Part shown: in pieces, positions 51,457-63,071 of the stretch | How the letters are laid out: the number at the start of each line of letters is the position of its first letter | Position numbering within the stretch: position 1 is the first letter of the stretch | Source: a bacterium | Lineage (GTDB): Bacteria > SZUA-182 > DTGQ01 > JAFGSM01 | DNA length: 64,000 nt | NCBI GenBank assembly: GCA_049472335.1 | Contig: JBLIRO010000018.1 | Coordinates: forward strand, 1-64,000 | Reading direction: 5' to 3' | The notes under the pieces: generated by a model | Seen by the model: only the letters and a program-made list of their open reading frames with translations | Told to the model about the DNA's origin: nothing | Database searches by the model: none | Made by a program: the position numbers and the translations under genes

Positions 51457-52275
51457 ATGAAAAAATTTATAATATGTCTTGCAGTATTCATTGCCCTGAC
51501 AATGATGATAGGAGGAAGGGCAAGCGCTGTTTTTTTTGGTGACGGTGGAGTCTCACTGCAGACGGTTCTTGATAATATAACCCTAGGCCCAAATCCAGGC
51601 CTCAGCAGCATAAATGTACTCACAGACGAAATGCCCGATAGTATTGATTCTTATTGGTCGATTCATGGCTCAGGCGGTTCCGTTAGTACTGTAGTAATAG
51701 AATTGGCACAATGGACGGGCACTAATATATTCGGAATTTATGATGCTGCTAATCCAATGAATAGGGTTCCGGTTTTTGGCGGTGCGTCAACTTCCGGTTC
51801 TCAGGCAATCATGTCAATTTTGGGCAACGGAAGTGTTTTCGTTAATTTTGCTGATTCTGGTGTAGATTTTGCCGGAAATTTTTTCGGTTTTTATCTGGAT
51901 TCCACGCAAGCGCCTCAACCATGGACCGGAGGGATTTGGTATAGCGATACATCTTTAAATGTTGATCAACAGGATCATATGGGTGTTTATCAAGGCAAAG
52001 GCATAGACACCATTCGAATATTACCTTTTGCTCCGGGTGTCAGAGATGTCGATGAATTTACCCTTGCTTTTGAGGACCTCCATGCTATGCATTGGGGAAA
52101 TCAAAATGGAATCAATGATGGTTTTCCTGAATGGAGCGATACTGAACCGGATTTTACCGACTTTGTAGTTATGGTGGAATCCATCGACCCGGTGCCGGAA
52201 CCTGCGACTCTGTTACTCCTCGGTCTGGGCCTTATTGGTATTGCTGGTCTGAATAAAAAGAAGTTAAACGGTTAA
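51457..52275 (+). CDS. PEP-CTERM sorting-domain surface protein
   Basis: Signal peptide; FED..DFTDFVV; VPEPATLLLLGLGLIGIAGLNKKK. Confidence 0.93.
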   Translation: MKKFIICLAVFIALTMMIGGRASAVFFGDGGVSLQTVLDNITLGPNPGLSSINVLTDEMPDSIDSYWSIHGSGGSVSTVVIELAQWTGTNIFGIYDAANPMNRVPVFGGASTSGSQAIMSILGNGSVFVNFADSGVDFAGNFFGFYLDSTQAPQPWTGGIWYSDTSLNVDQQDHMGVYQGKGIDTIRILPFAPGVRDVDEFTLAFEDLHAMHWGNQNGINDGFPEWSDTEPDFTDFVVMVESIDPVPEPATLLLLGLGLIGIAGLNKKKLNG

Positions 52276-52308
52276 TATATTTACCTCATTTTATATCTGG
52301 AAATCAAA

Positions 52309-52341
52309 AAAAGCCGCCCGCTATTTCTGCGGGCGGCTTTT
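52309..52341 (+). terminator. Intrinsic terminator
   Basis: aaaagccgcccgc-tatttct-gcgggcggctttt. Confidence 0.85.
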
Positions 52342-52565
52342 AGCTTTTAAGATGCCAGAACTCAATTGTTCTGTGTCCATTCATTGATCCAGGTCTTTAT
52401 TATCCTGTTCCTATTCATAAATTGTCCACAGAAAATAATAAGATTAGTCTATCCTTTTTTCCGTTTCCGTGTTATTCTATTTCAGAAAAAAAGACTGGAT
52501 ATAAACCTTTCCTGCAGGATACAATTTATAAATATTCAGAAGAATGAACATCTCATTCCAATGGC

Positions 52566-54383
52566 TTGAAGGACATCATGCAGATCACTACACGACGGTT
52601 TCATTATTGTTGCCATTTAATCATTGAAGCTTTTTGGGTAATAAGCCTATTAGGTCCTGGTCAAGTGTTCGCGAATAATGGACTCTCATATCGTGTTAAA
52701 ATAGAAGGTGCCCCTGACCGGAAAATTCATAAGCTTTTAGAAGGCATATCAAATACAGCTTCTCATAAGCAAATCCCTGTTATTTCAACAAACCTTCTGC
52801 GAAAAAAGGCAGAACGGGATATTCCTCGCTTCTTACAGGCACTAAAGTCCCAGGGTTATTATAAGGCAAAAGTATCTGTTAAAATTCATGCAGATATAAA
52901 ACCCGTGCTTTTAATCTTTCAGATAGATCAGGGACCTCCCTTTGTTTTAAAGACAGTCAATGTTCATATTTTGGGGGAAAACACATCTATACCGATTAAA
53001 TTACCGAGGCCTAATGGAATCGGGCTTATTTTGGGTGATCGGGCTATTAGCAAGGCTATTATCGAAGCGGAAAAAATGTTGATACATTCAGTAAAATCTC
53101 AGGGATACCCCTTCCCAAAGATTACGGATAGAAAGGTTGTGGTCGATCATGCCGGCAATTCAGTAGATGTAGGCTTTTTCTTAACCCCCGGACCGGAAGC
53201 ATCGTTTGGCAAAACGAATTTTGCAGGTCTTCAATCAGTTGAGGAGTCTTTTCCCCGAAGCAGGATCCCATGGAAGGAAGGTTCATTATTCAACGGAGAT
53301 CTTTTATCAGAGCTGCAAAATCGTCTGATTGCCACCGGACTTTTCACATCCGTTACTGTTAAGGGAGGTAATGCCCTTGACGCTGAAGGCAGATTACCCA
53401 TAACCGTCAGGGTTAAGGAACGAAAGCACCGAACTGTAAAGGCCGGAATGAGTTATAAAACAGATGAGGGAGTGGGCGGAAAACTCTCCTGGGAGCACAG
53501 GAATTTCTTTAGAAAGGGAGAGCGCGTCAATACGAATTTCACCATTTCTGAAATCGCATCAACAACAGAGGCAGGATTCCGTAAGCCCGGATTTTTTCAT
53601 CCGAACCAATCGCTCATTTTAAATGCGAGTCTGGCTGAGGAGCGTCCCGAAGCCTTTAAAAGCCGCAATTTAAACAGTTCTTTAATATTAGAACGAAGCC
53701 TTACAATGAAAATGAAGCTGGGGACAGGCCTGGCTTATCGTGGCTCCCAGGTTGACCAGCTTGGCCAAAGAGAGGGATTTACCTTGCTCTCTCTTCCTGT
53801 ATATCTAAACTGGGATACGAGCAACGATCTTCTTGACCCGGACCGTGGCAGGCGTATGATATTCCAGATCATCCCCTTTTATGATATATACGGGTCAGAG
53901 CTGGGTTTTGTAAAGGGATATGCAGGGTACAGCCAATATGTGAAACTAACGAAAAGTCCTTTTATGATATTGGCAGGCAGGACAACTTTCGGTTCTATAT
54001 GGGGAGCTGGACGGGATAGCATTCCGGCAGACATCCGTTTTTACGCGGGTGGAGGAGGATCTATAAGAGGTTATGCCTTTCAGTCGGTCGGCCCTCTTTT
54101 AATAGATGAACCCATTGGCGGAAGGTCCATCTTCGAGATCTCAGCGGAATTGCGAATAAAGGCGACTGATACTATCGGATTCGTTGCATTCCTGGATGGG
54201 GGGAGTGCTTTCGAGTCTGACATCCCCGATTTTAATGAGGCCATCCGGTGGGGAACAGGATTAGGATTCCGCTATTTTACACCTGTCGGTCCTCTGCGTA
54301 TGGATATCGGCTTTCCTTTAAATCGCAGGATCGGATTGGATAAAAAATTTCAGATCTATATAAGCCTGGGGCAATCTTTTTAA
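52566..54383 (+). CDS. tamA: TamA (Omp85 family) outer-membrane assembly protein
   Basis: POTRA-like SQGYY/QGYP; RFYAGGGGSIRGY; terminal YISLGQSF. Confidence 0.92.
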   Translation: MKDIMQITTRRFHYCCHLIIEAFWVISLLGPGQVFANNGLSYRVKIEGAPDRKIHKLLEGISNTASHKQIPVISTNLLRKKAERDIPRFLQALKSQGYYKAKVSVKIHADIKPVLLIFQIDQGPPFVLKTVNVHILGENTSIPIKLPRPNGIGLILGDRAISKAIIEAEKMLIHSVKSQGYPFPKITDRKVVVDHAGNSVDVGFFLTPGPEASFGKTNFAGLQSVEESFPRSRIPWKEGSLFNGDLLSELQNRLIATGLFTSVTVKGGNALDAEGRLPITVRVKERKHRTVKAGMSYKTDEGVGGKLSWEHRNFFRKGERVNTNFTISEIASTTEAGFRKPGFFHPNQSLILNASLAEERPEAFKSRNLNSSLILERSLTMKMKLGTGLAYRGSQVDQLGQREGFTLLSLPVYLNWDTSNDLLDPDRGRRMIFQIIPFYDIYGSELGFVKGYAGYSQYVKLTKSPFMILAGRTTFGSIWGAGRDSIPADIRFYAGGGGSIRGYAFQSVGPLLIDEPIGGRSIFEISAELRIKATDTIGFVAFLDGGSAFESDIPDFNEAIRWGTGLGFRYFTPVGPLRMDIGFPLNRRIGLDKKFQIYISLGQSF

Positions 54384-54387
54384 AGTC

Positions 54388-57300
54388 ATGAAATTGATAA
54401 AAAAAACAGGTATCATTTTTAAATGGACAGCCATATGTATCATTATTGTTTTCCTTCTTGCAGCCCTGTTGTTCGGATTGATTCAAACAAGATCAGGGAA
54501 ACGCGCACTAGGGAAATGGATCGCATCCGTCCTAAGTAAAGATCCGGATTTCCGGGTGAACATGGGTGAACTCCACGGATTGATCCCTTTTCATGTACAA
54601 TTGGACAGCTTGGGTATCAGTGATAAAGACGGAATGTGGCTGGATGTGAGAGAAATTGTATTCCGGTGGTCACCCGGGGCGCTTCTTCAAAAAAAGATCC
54701 ATGTAAATACTCTCCGGGCGGAAGTCTTAAGGTTAGAACGTCTGCCCGAATCCCGCAAGCAGGAAAAAACAGATAAAAAGAAGCGGCCCAAATGGCCGCC
54801 CTCGCTTCCCCCTTTGATGGTGGAAAATTTTTCCATTAAACGAGTTATGCTGGGTGAATCCTTTTTTGGCAAAAAGATGGCCTTTTTCATTGAAAGCAGG
54901 ATACAGTCCCTTGAGCACCCGGAAGGGCTCATGGGATCTCTAAAACTGAAGGAACTGGAAGGACCTCCGGAATCCATTTCAATAGATTTTTCTCTCAAAG
55001 GAACCCCACCCTACCCTATCCTGACCCTCAGGGCAATTGTTGAAGAGGCTGAACAGGGGCTTATCTCCAAAGCGCTCAGATTAAGATACGCGGGACCTGT
55101 TTCTATTAAACTGGACGGTGAAGGCCCGATTGATTCCTGGGAGGGGCGGTTGACAGCAAAAGCGGAGCATCTTGGTTCAATGGAAACTTTAATTGGTCTG
55201 GCACTTATGAAAGAACCGAGGTTGACCTGGCAGGGCCGAATTTCCTCCAATGCAAAAACAATGATAGGTCATGAGGCTGATTTTTCCATGGATATCAGTT
55301 ATCAAAACAAAGGGAAAGTTTTTATTCATAAAGCCAGTTTTGATATCCCTGGGGCTAACCTTAAACTTAAGGGTCTAATGGATTTGCCTAAAGAGACCAT
55401 CAATGCCGATTTTTTGCTTGGAATCGAAGACATCACTCCCTTTACAGAAAAGATAAATCCGGATGTTGAAGGTGAATTTTTCATGCAGGGGAAACTCTCA
55501 GGACCGTTCCGGCAACCAAAAGCGGACCTGTCTCTGCGGTTGTCTAAAGCAAGATTTTCGGACCTTTATATCAGGAACATGACAAGCTCTTTTCAATTGG
55601 ACCTTGTTGTCCCTTTGGCTTCTGATTTTCAGGGCCTCATTATCAATGGCAACGGCCGGGTGGACGAACTCACTCATCCTGGACTGGAGCGATTCCCTGT
55701 CAGGCAGGCACACTGGTCTTTTACCGCGCAAATCCGGTCCAGGGAAATGATAAATATCAGCATGTTCAAGGTGTCATTGAAAGACGCAAACGGAAAGATA
55801 TCGGGCCTTTTCAATCCTGTGGATCTTTCTTTCAAGGGGAATACGGATGTTCATATACGGGATTTCAAGATATTATCCGGCTTGCTCGGAACAAATCTTT
55901 CAGGGGAAGGTTTCTTACAGGCAAGCCTGGAGGCTTATGGGAAGGAGAATGCCCTTTTAGCTTATATGAAGGGGAAGGTCAGGGATTTGTCGCCTCTTCC
56001 CCCTGCGCTTTCCGCCCTTCTCGGCCCTGTCATTGAGTATAAGGGGAGGATGGAAATAAAAGAAGCCAAAAATATTATTATCTCCCATATTGAAGTCGAT
56101 ACCGCCCCGGCAAAAATGACGGGAAAGGCATCGATTAATATTCCTAAAAAACACTTAAAAGGACAATGTGAAGTGAATATGCCTTCACTGGCCGTGTTTT
56201 CTGAATTAATAAAAAGGCCTTTGGAGGGTGGATTAAAACTGGATATGGATATAGAAGGGCCTTTTGAGGATCCCAGGGTGCGGGTGAATGCCGAATCGAA
56301 CAATCTATTTGTTCAGGACGTCCAATGTCAAAAAATACAGATGGCCCTTAGCGTAGCAAGCTTGACTTCCAAGCCGAAAGGGGATGTCAGAATAGATCTC
56401 AAATTTCCCGAAATGGAATTGTCAGCCCTGAGTGATTTTCTGGTTGACGCCAATCAGTTGGAATTGTCAAACCTCTTTATGATGGGCCCTGGGACGGAAA
56501 TCAGAGGCAGCCTTAATCTCCCTCTTCATACCCTGATCCCGGAAGGGTTTATAAACGGTGAATGCCGGGACATCTCCCTTTTTGCCTCTTTAATGAAAAC
56601 AGAGATCAGAGGAAATGCCGGTTGTGAATTAAGCTTATTTAAGGGAGAGAACGGACCGGAAATCAGACTTTCTTTACATGGAAGACAGATGCAAACCCCT
56701 TTCGGGAATGCGGAAGATCTGAAATTGAATGCTGAGATCAGGGATATATTAAAGGAATTAGGAGGGACAGCAGATATACGGATCAAGGGATTTCATAAGG
56801 ATAAAATACAAATAGAGGACCTCACTGTTTCGGCTTCCGGTGATAGGAAACAAATCTCTTTTGTATCACATACTAAAGGCACCTATGGCGAAGCCTTTGC
56901 GTTAAAGGCCAGGGGAAACCTTTCCCTTGCCGAGACGGGTGAAAAGGTGCAACTGGATCTGTTTCAGGGTCAATATGCTGATTATCCTATATATCTGACA
57001 AAGACGATGTTCATCAATCTTTCAGAAAATAGATACGGCCTGGAAGATGCCGATTTTAATCTGGCTGAAGGCAAAATTCACGTATCAGGCTGGTTTAGTC
57101 CCGAATCGATATCCGGGGAGGTTCTTTTTCAGGGCATCTCATTAGACATTCTCCGTTTATTTGGATATTCAAACCTGATTGGCTTAGCCTCAGGGCAAAT
57201 AAGAATAAAAGGGACACCTGACAATCCCGAGGCTTGGCTGAATCTTTCCGTCGTCGACGCGCAATTAACCTATGAATACATCAAAAATTCCAATCTCTTT

Positions 57301-58758
57301 ACTCCGGCGCAGCTAAGCGCGACAGGAGAAATAAAAAAAGACAGCCTTCAGGGGGCGTTTTCCATTAAAGAAATGGCTGAAAAGCCCATTGAAGCAAGCT
57401 TTCATGTACCCGTACATTTCTCATTGTCACCTTTTTCCTTTTCCATTCCACCAGAGGGCAAAATTGAAGGAAAGGCTACTGCTGAATTTAATCTTGCCAC
57501 TCTGCCTCTCATGTAAAACCTAGAAGATCAGATTTTTCAAGGAATTTTAAATCTGGCTGTAACTGTGGAAGGTGAGGTAAAAGCTCCAAAGATAAGTGGA
57601 AACATATACCTTGCGAACGGGACCTATGAAAATTCCAATACAGGGACCTTACTAAAAGATATCCAGGTCTCCATCATTGGGCAAGAACAGAAACTGGTTT
57701 TGGAAAAGTTCCAGGCAACGGATGGAGAAAAGGGGAGGATTTCAGCCCAGGGCTGGCTCCGGATTATTTCTGCCGGGGACATCATCTCGCAAATGGACCT
57801 TAATCTTCATGATGCCACGTTGCTCAGAGGTTATGACAGGGCTGTCACAACAAACGGCCATCTTGTATTTTCAGGGTCAAATAAAAAGGCCGATCTTTCA
57901 GGCAATATCATTGTCGGGCCTGCTGAATTGACTATTCCGGAGCGTTTACCACCGGAGATCACAGACATAGAAGTTATCGAGATCAATCGCCCGGAAGGAG
58001 AAGATATCTCTGTATCGAAGCCGAAGTCTCCCATTGCTGAAAATATTAACCTGAGTCTTAAAATTGATATCCCGGGGCGTGTCTTTGTCAGAGGCCGCGG
58101 ACTCGATTCTGAATGGAAAGGGGCCCTCCAGGTTATGGGGAATGCCCAAAATCCCTCCATTACAGGGATGTTATCGATCGTCCGTGGTAATTTCATATTT
58201 TTTGGCAAAAGATTCATTCTCACAACAGGCACCATAAATTTTGACGGCATGGTCCCAGTTACTCCAAGATTTGAAGTCACGGCAGAAAACAGGCGATCCG
58301 ACTTGACCGCCCGTTTACTATTTAAAGGCACTCCCTCAGCGTTCAGTTTAAACCTTGAATCAGAGCCAACCCTTCCTTCCGATGAGATTCTGGCCCGCGT
58401 CCTGTTTGATCGAAATATAAATCAAATTACCCCTATCCAGGCATTGAGAATTGCCGGGGCATTGAATACATTGAGCGGCCGGAGCGGTTTAATTGATTTT
58501 ATGGGCAGAACCCGAAAATTCGTGGGGCTTGATCAATTGGAGATCAAACAATCCGAAGAAGGCAATGGCGAGACCTCGGTCAGTATAGGGAAATACCTGG
58601 CGGACGGTGTGTTCGTTGAAATGGAGAAAGGCATGGGCACGGATAACAGCAGCAAGGTTCTGGTTGAAATAGAGCTCACACCCAATACTACCATCGAGAG
58701 TGAAACCGGATCGGATTCGCAAGGCGGCATAGGGCTGAACTGGAAATGGGATTATTAG
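54388..58758 (+). pseudogene. tamB: TamB interrupted by one in-frame TAA (57514-57516)
   Basis: ORFs 54388-57516 and 57565-58758 are in the same frame with open sequence between; C-terminal DUF490-like GRGLDSEW...GKYL...WKWDY. Confidence 0.85.
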
Positions 58759-58862
58759 AATACTAAAAATCAATAAGCTATTCAGCCGCACGCGGGCCAG
58801 ATATCTTCGAAAGATTTTTCATTCTCTACTTATGTAATCCACGGAGAATAAAACTCAAGGGA

Positions 58863-59996
58863 TTAAAACCCAAGGTACATCCCGATGCCATAATAGGAAA
58901 TCCTGTCTTTGTAAAACTGACCATGAGGGGCATAGCCCTTATAAGCTTCAGCCATTATTCGAAAACGGCGCTGTTCCGATTGCGCTGAGTCAAATTCTAT
59001 TCCAACCACCAGGCTTGAATCCATAGACCATTCATTTTCTTCCCAACTCTTTAGATCCAAACCACCTAACCAGCGACCCATATGTAAGATATTTCGCAAT
59101 CCCTGATATTCCACACCACCGTGAAATCCTAAAGGCTTTAGCTCACCGGGTTCACGGGAAAAAAAATATTCTCCTCCGGAATAGAAACGCCAACGGCGCC
59201 ATTTCCTGGATACAAGCCATTCAAAAGATTCAAAACTAAGATTGATTCGTTGAGGCTTATTATTGATCAAGAATTCGTCACCCAGATGCGAACTTTGATG
59301 ATAAACGCGAAAACGCATGGATGTTCGTCCCTGCCGGTAAGTAACAGGGAATCCAACGATATAATCTGCGTTGACAAGATCATAGGAAGGGGTATCCAGG
59401 TTGAATTGAGCAAAAAGAGCTCCTGATATACTTATTTGAAAACCTTCCGATGAAAGCGCCCTGGATCGACGATAAAATCCGAATGTTTCACCATAACCTA
59501 CGGCAGCGGCATTTGCGTTAGTCAATGGCGTATCATAATACCGGTAACTAATAAAAAATTGCGGTTGTTTGGGATCAGCAAGCAATGGCAGGAAAAGATC
59601 CCCGACCGGAAAAGGTATTGTATCCTTCCTTAATCCCATAAAACTATAAGCATCACACACCTCTGGTTCAATTTTTATCGCCGATGACATGGAGGTGTCT
59701 ATTAAGATCTCCACCTCCTGCAATCCTTCAATTTTGGGCAACCTTTTAATCTGGGAACGGCGAATTTCACTTTCTTCCGGCAGAGTAACAGTTGCTATTC
59801 CATCACGTACAACCAATTCAAAGCTGCCGCAAGGCCAATCAAACTCTCTTTCCAGAATGGAAGTAAGCCTGCCTGCCAGGAATGCATCTTCAGGTGGCAT
59901 GGGCAGCAGGGATTGTGCGTTGGCTATCATCGGTGTATTAAAAAACCGGAGGATAAAAAAGGTTAAAAGACAATAAGGGTATAATCTCCTTTTCAT
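58863..59996 (-). CDS. DUF1207-like putative outer-membrane protein
   Basis: PLLADPKQP, NADY, YHQSSHLGDEF; terminal Phe. Confidence 0.8.
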   Translation of the reverse strand: MKRRLYPYCLLTFFILRFFNTPMIANAQSLLPMPPEDAFLAGRLTSILEREFDWPCGSFELVVRDGIATVTLPEESEIRRSQIKRLPKIEGLQEVEILIDTSMSSAIKIEPEVCDAYSFMGLRKDTIPFPVGDLFLPLLADPKQPQFFISYRYYDTPLTNANAAAVGYGETFGFYRRSRALSSEGFQISISGALFAQFNLDTPSYDLVNADYIVGFPVTYRQGRTSMRFRVYHQSSHLGDEFLINNKPQRINLSFESFEWLVSRKWRRWRFYSGGEYFFSREPGELKPLGFHGGVEYQGLRNILHMGRWLGGLDLKSWEENEWSMDSSLVVGIEFDSAQSEQRRFRIMAEAYKGYAPHGQFYKDRISYYGIGMYLGF

Positions 59997-60150
59997 AGCA
60001 ATTTAGGGGACGCTGTATATATCCAAAGAACGCATGGTTGACAGCCTCTTTTTTTGTTTTTTGACCACCCCGGGAGGACTGCTTTCGTAATTAATTTCTC
60101 ATCTATTTGAAGATTTGTTGCCATAATAATAACCCCCTTAATTAAGGAGT

Positions 60151-61845
60151 TTAATTAGTCCGGAAACTCTTAACCTCAATAGAAACCGATACTCCCTTTT
60201 TTACTGTCAAAACATAATAAACATTAGAAGGTTTTTGTACAGGACCCGCAGAATTAGAACCCCAGCCAATAATCGAGCCTCGTAAATTATAGTATTTGAT
60301 ATCGTTGTATTTTACACCAAATACTCCACTGGCAGAATGATAAACATTAGAATAAGGATTATCCTTGGTATCCTCCCACCAACCCTGAGGGCCGGGATGA
60401 TGATGACCATTGAATACCGCTATAACATTTTTATCAGCTTCAAGAATATTTCTGACAGATGAATGATTCTTACACATATAATGATCATCTCCTGTGAATA
60501 CAGGATATAAAAAAGGATGAAGAAACACTATAACGGGCATGTTTTTACCAGTTCTATTGTCCGCCAGAACACCTTTAAGCCAGTTAAGCTGTGTCTGGGG
60601 GACATAGCCTATTTTTACGGTATTTATCGGATAATTATCTCCCGAAGCTTCCCCTCCAGTAGAATCTAATACTATGCCTAAGACACTCCCGAATTTAAAT
60701 GAATAATACCTGCTTACAGGGTTTCCGACAGCATCAATATAAAGTTTTCCTCCAAGACTTTCTATGGTGGCAGGAGTGCCATTGATAATGTATTTAAACC
60801 ATTCATCAGGAGTAGCAAAATCATAATCATACATGTCCCAGTTGCCCATAACGTGATAACGCGGCATGTTCAGTTTTGAATAAATGGATTCCGCCTCTAA
60901 TAATATTTCTTCTCCATGATCTCCGTCGTCATGCGTGTTTCTATTGCCTTCCGCTATAGAATTTCCGGAATGGATATCTATAAAATCGCCCAGTTCAATG
61001 GCCACATCAACGCCCATAGAATTCATCTTCTTTACAAAATTGGCCAAGTCATCTCCGGCTTCACTGTAAAAGCGGGGACCACTTCGTGAATCCCGGAAAC
61101 GCCTGTCAGTGGAATTTTTATCTGTGTAATGTACGTCTGTTATTATTCCTATAGTTCCAATGATTTCACCCTGCTGTTGTTGAATGCCTGTCGGAGCAGA
61201 GCCCCATGGATAAACATATCCCGGATAATATGTGGTTGGATAATTATATCCTGACCCCAGATAATAAATGGATGGATAATTATAACCCTGATAATAAGAG
61301 GAAGGATAACTATATCCCAAATAGTCAGTAGCCGGATAACTGCCTGTGGAAAATACAGACGGTATATCTCCCATAGCTGCCCGTATGTATGACAAGGTAT
61401 TTGACGTATTGAAATTTCTACTTCCCCAATCCTGCATCAATGAAGACTGATAGTTAAAAGAGTTAAACGGACTTTGATATGAAGAAAAGAGACTCTGAGA
61501 AAAAAGGATGGAATCTGCCCCTGAAGACCAGTTTTGCATAGGCTCAAAGGAATAATAGGTAAAATCAGGTTGTGAAAAAGGCATGGAATAACTGCCGGCT
61601 GCACTAAAAGAAGATATTGACGAAAGCCACTTGGAATCGAGAGTATAATTTGAATAAGAAAAAGCGGGTAGTTGATATGAAAACTCTGAAGCATTAAATA
61701 ATTCCGGGAAATTTAATGACGTAAAAGGATTTTGAGTATTAATAGGTGGCGTAATGGCGGCTATCAATAGAAATATCAAAAATGTAATAACAAAGAGGCA
61801 AATTAATTTAGAACCTAAAAATTTATTGGGTATAAATTTAAGCAT
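60151..61845 (-). CDS. Secreted calcineurin-like metallophosphoesterase with long Ser/Tyr/Phe-rich N-terminal region
   Basis: DVH, GDFID, GNWD, GHHH motifs; GYxYPxxYY repeats. Confidence 0.85.
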   Translation of the reverse strand: MLKFIPNKFLGSKLICLFVITFLIFLLIAAITPPINTQNPFTSLNFPELFNASEFSYQLPAFSYSNYTLDSKWLSSISSFSAAGSYSMPFSQPDFTYYSFEPMQNWSSGADSILFSQSLFSSYQSPFNSFNYQSSLMQDWGSRNFNTSNTLSYIRAAMGDIPSVFSTGSYPATDYLGYSYPSSYYQGYNYPSIYYLGSGYNYPTTYYPGYVYPWGSAPTGIQQQQGEIIGTIGIITDVHYTDKNSTDRRFRDSRSGPRFYSEAGDDLANFVKKMNSMGVDVAIELGDFIDIHSGNSIAEGNRNTHDDGDHGEEILLEAESIYSKLNMPRYHVMGNWDMYDYDFATPDEWFKYIINGTPATIESLGGKLYIDAVGNPVSRYYSFKFGSVLGIVLDSTGGEASGDNYPINTVKIGYVPQTQLNWLKGVLADNRTGKNMPVIVFLHPFLYPVFTGDDHYMCKNHSSVRNILEADKNVIAVFNGHHHPGPQGWWEDTKDNPYSNVYHSASGVFGVKYNDIKYYNLRGSIIGWGSNSAGPVQKPSNVYYVLTVKKGVSVSIEVKSFRTN

Positions 61846-62080
61846 AACGTATTATTATATTTTATTTGTTTGACCACTTATTTTAAATATCCTCAGGAAA
61901 TATTAAAGCAATAATTATTCCAAATATTTTAGAACTTTAATAATAGATTATATTTATCTATTTAAAAGTATAGACAAAATCAAAATCCTTGTCAAAACAA
62001 ATAGTTAATAAATTAATATTCTTTAAATGACTACTCTTATATAAAGTTTTTCCATGATTCTAACAAAAAAACTGACTTAC

Positions 62081-62788
62081 TTATATCCATTGAAGGTCAG
62101 AAGCAGTTATAGTTGAAAAATTAGGATTATATCCTAATAAATCATAGGCCGAAAGAAAATAAGGGGTGCCTGCCACAATCTCATTGACTAAAGGTATATT
62201 CCAAACATAATAACCACCTTGAAGAAAAGGGTTATAAGGATAGACAGACCCGGTTGGATTCCATGGATATGGAATAAATGTTGGGTATGTGTAGAAATAT
62301 CTATTGTATATCAAAGGTACATTTTCCAGAAGCCAGAGTGGGGTTGTCGGAGGTAAATCTGCATAACCTGATGGCAATGCAAGCGGTGCTGGAGGAAGGG
62401 TATAAATGGTTCCTGCTATATTAACTGTAGTCAGAATATAACTCGGTGGCCATGATTGAATAGGTGTCCAGTGGTCGCTCCAATACACTAACCCTTCAGG
62501 ACCGTTGAAGAGAAAGTAGGGAATAGCCAGGGCAGGATCCCATGCTATTCCGGGCACTACCGGCAATACAGTGTTAGGTGATAATTCACTTACAATAGGA
62601 GTCGGAACTCCGGTCAATGGATCTGCTGGTGACAAAGTTGGAGACCATAATGGCCATAAGACATTATAAGGGGGTAATGCTATCCAGTTCTGTGCTGTCA
62701 CAGGAGATTTATAGCATAAGAAAAGAGCAACAATAACAGCAAAAGTAGATAGTATCCAAAGAATTTTTTTTATCTTATAAAAACACAT
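62081..62788 (-). CDS. Secreted Pro/aromatic-rich hypothetical protein
   Basis: Signal peptide ..VTA|QNWIALPPYNVLWPLWSP; pseudogenised paralogue at 45288. Confidence 0.8.
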   Translation of the reverse strand: MCFYKIKKILWILSTFAVIVALFLCYKSPVTAQNWIALPPYNVLWPLWSPTLSPADPLTGVPTPIVSELSPNTVLPVVPGIAWDPALAIPYFLFNGPEGLVYWSDHWTPIQSWPPSYILTTVNIAGTIYTLPPAPLALPSGYADLPPTTPLWLLENVPLIYNRYFYTYPTFIPYPWNPTGSVYPYNPFLQGGYYVWNIPLVNEIVAGTPYFLSAYDLLGYNPNFSTITASDLQWI

Positions 62789-62964
62789 CTTATTCCCCCC
62801 CCTTTTAGTAATCTTTAATTAAATTGATCGACATTGCATGTTTTAGCAATTTTAATATAGTTTGGTATATTTTAGCCATTCCTTACTCTTCTGAGTAAAA
62901 TTATTTTTATTCCAACTTAATATCGTACGTTTATGGACTTTATTCAATGAAAATATAAAATGGT

Positions 62965-63009
62965 TAAAAGGCCATCCGGGGATTAAACAAATCCATGGAT
63001 GGCCTTTTA
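62965..63009 (-). terminator. Intrinsic terminator
   Basis: taaaaggccatcc...ggatggcctttta. Confidence 0.75.
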
Positions 63010-63071
63010 TGATTTTAAACTACAAAAACAATAACATAGCAGGAACTAACTTTTTAAATTAAATGCACGGA

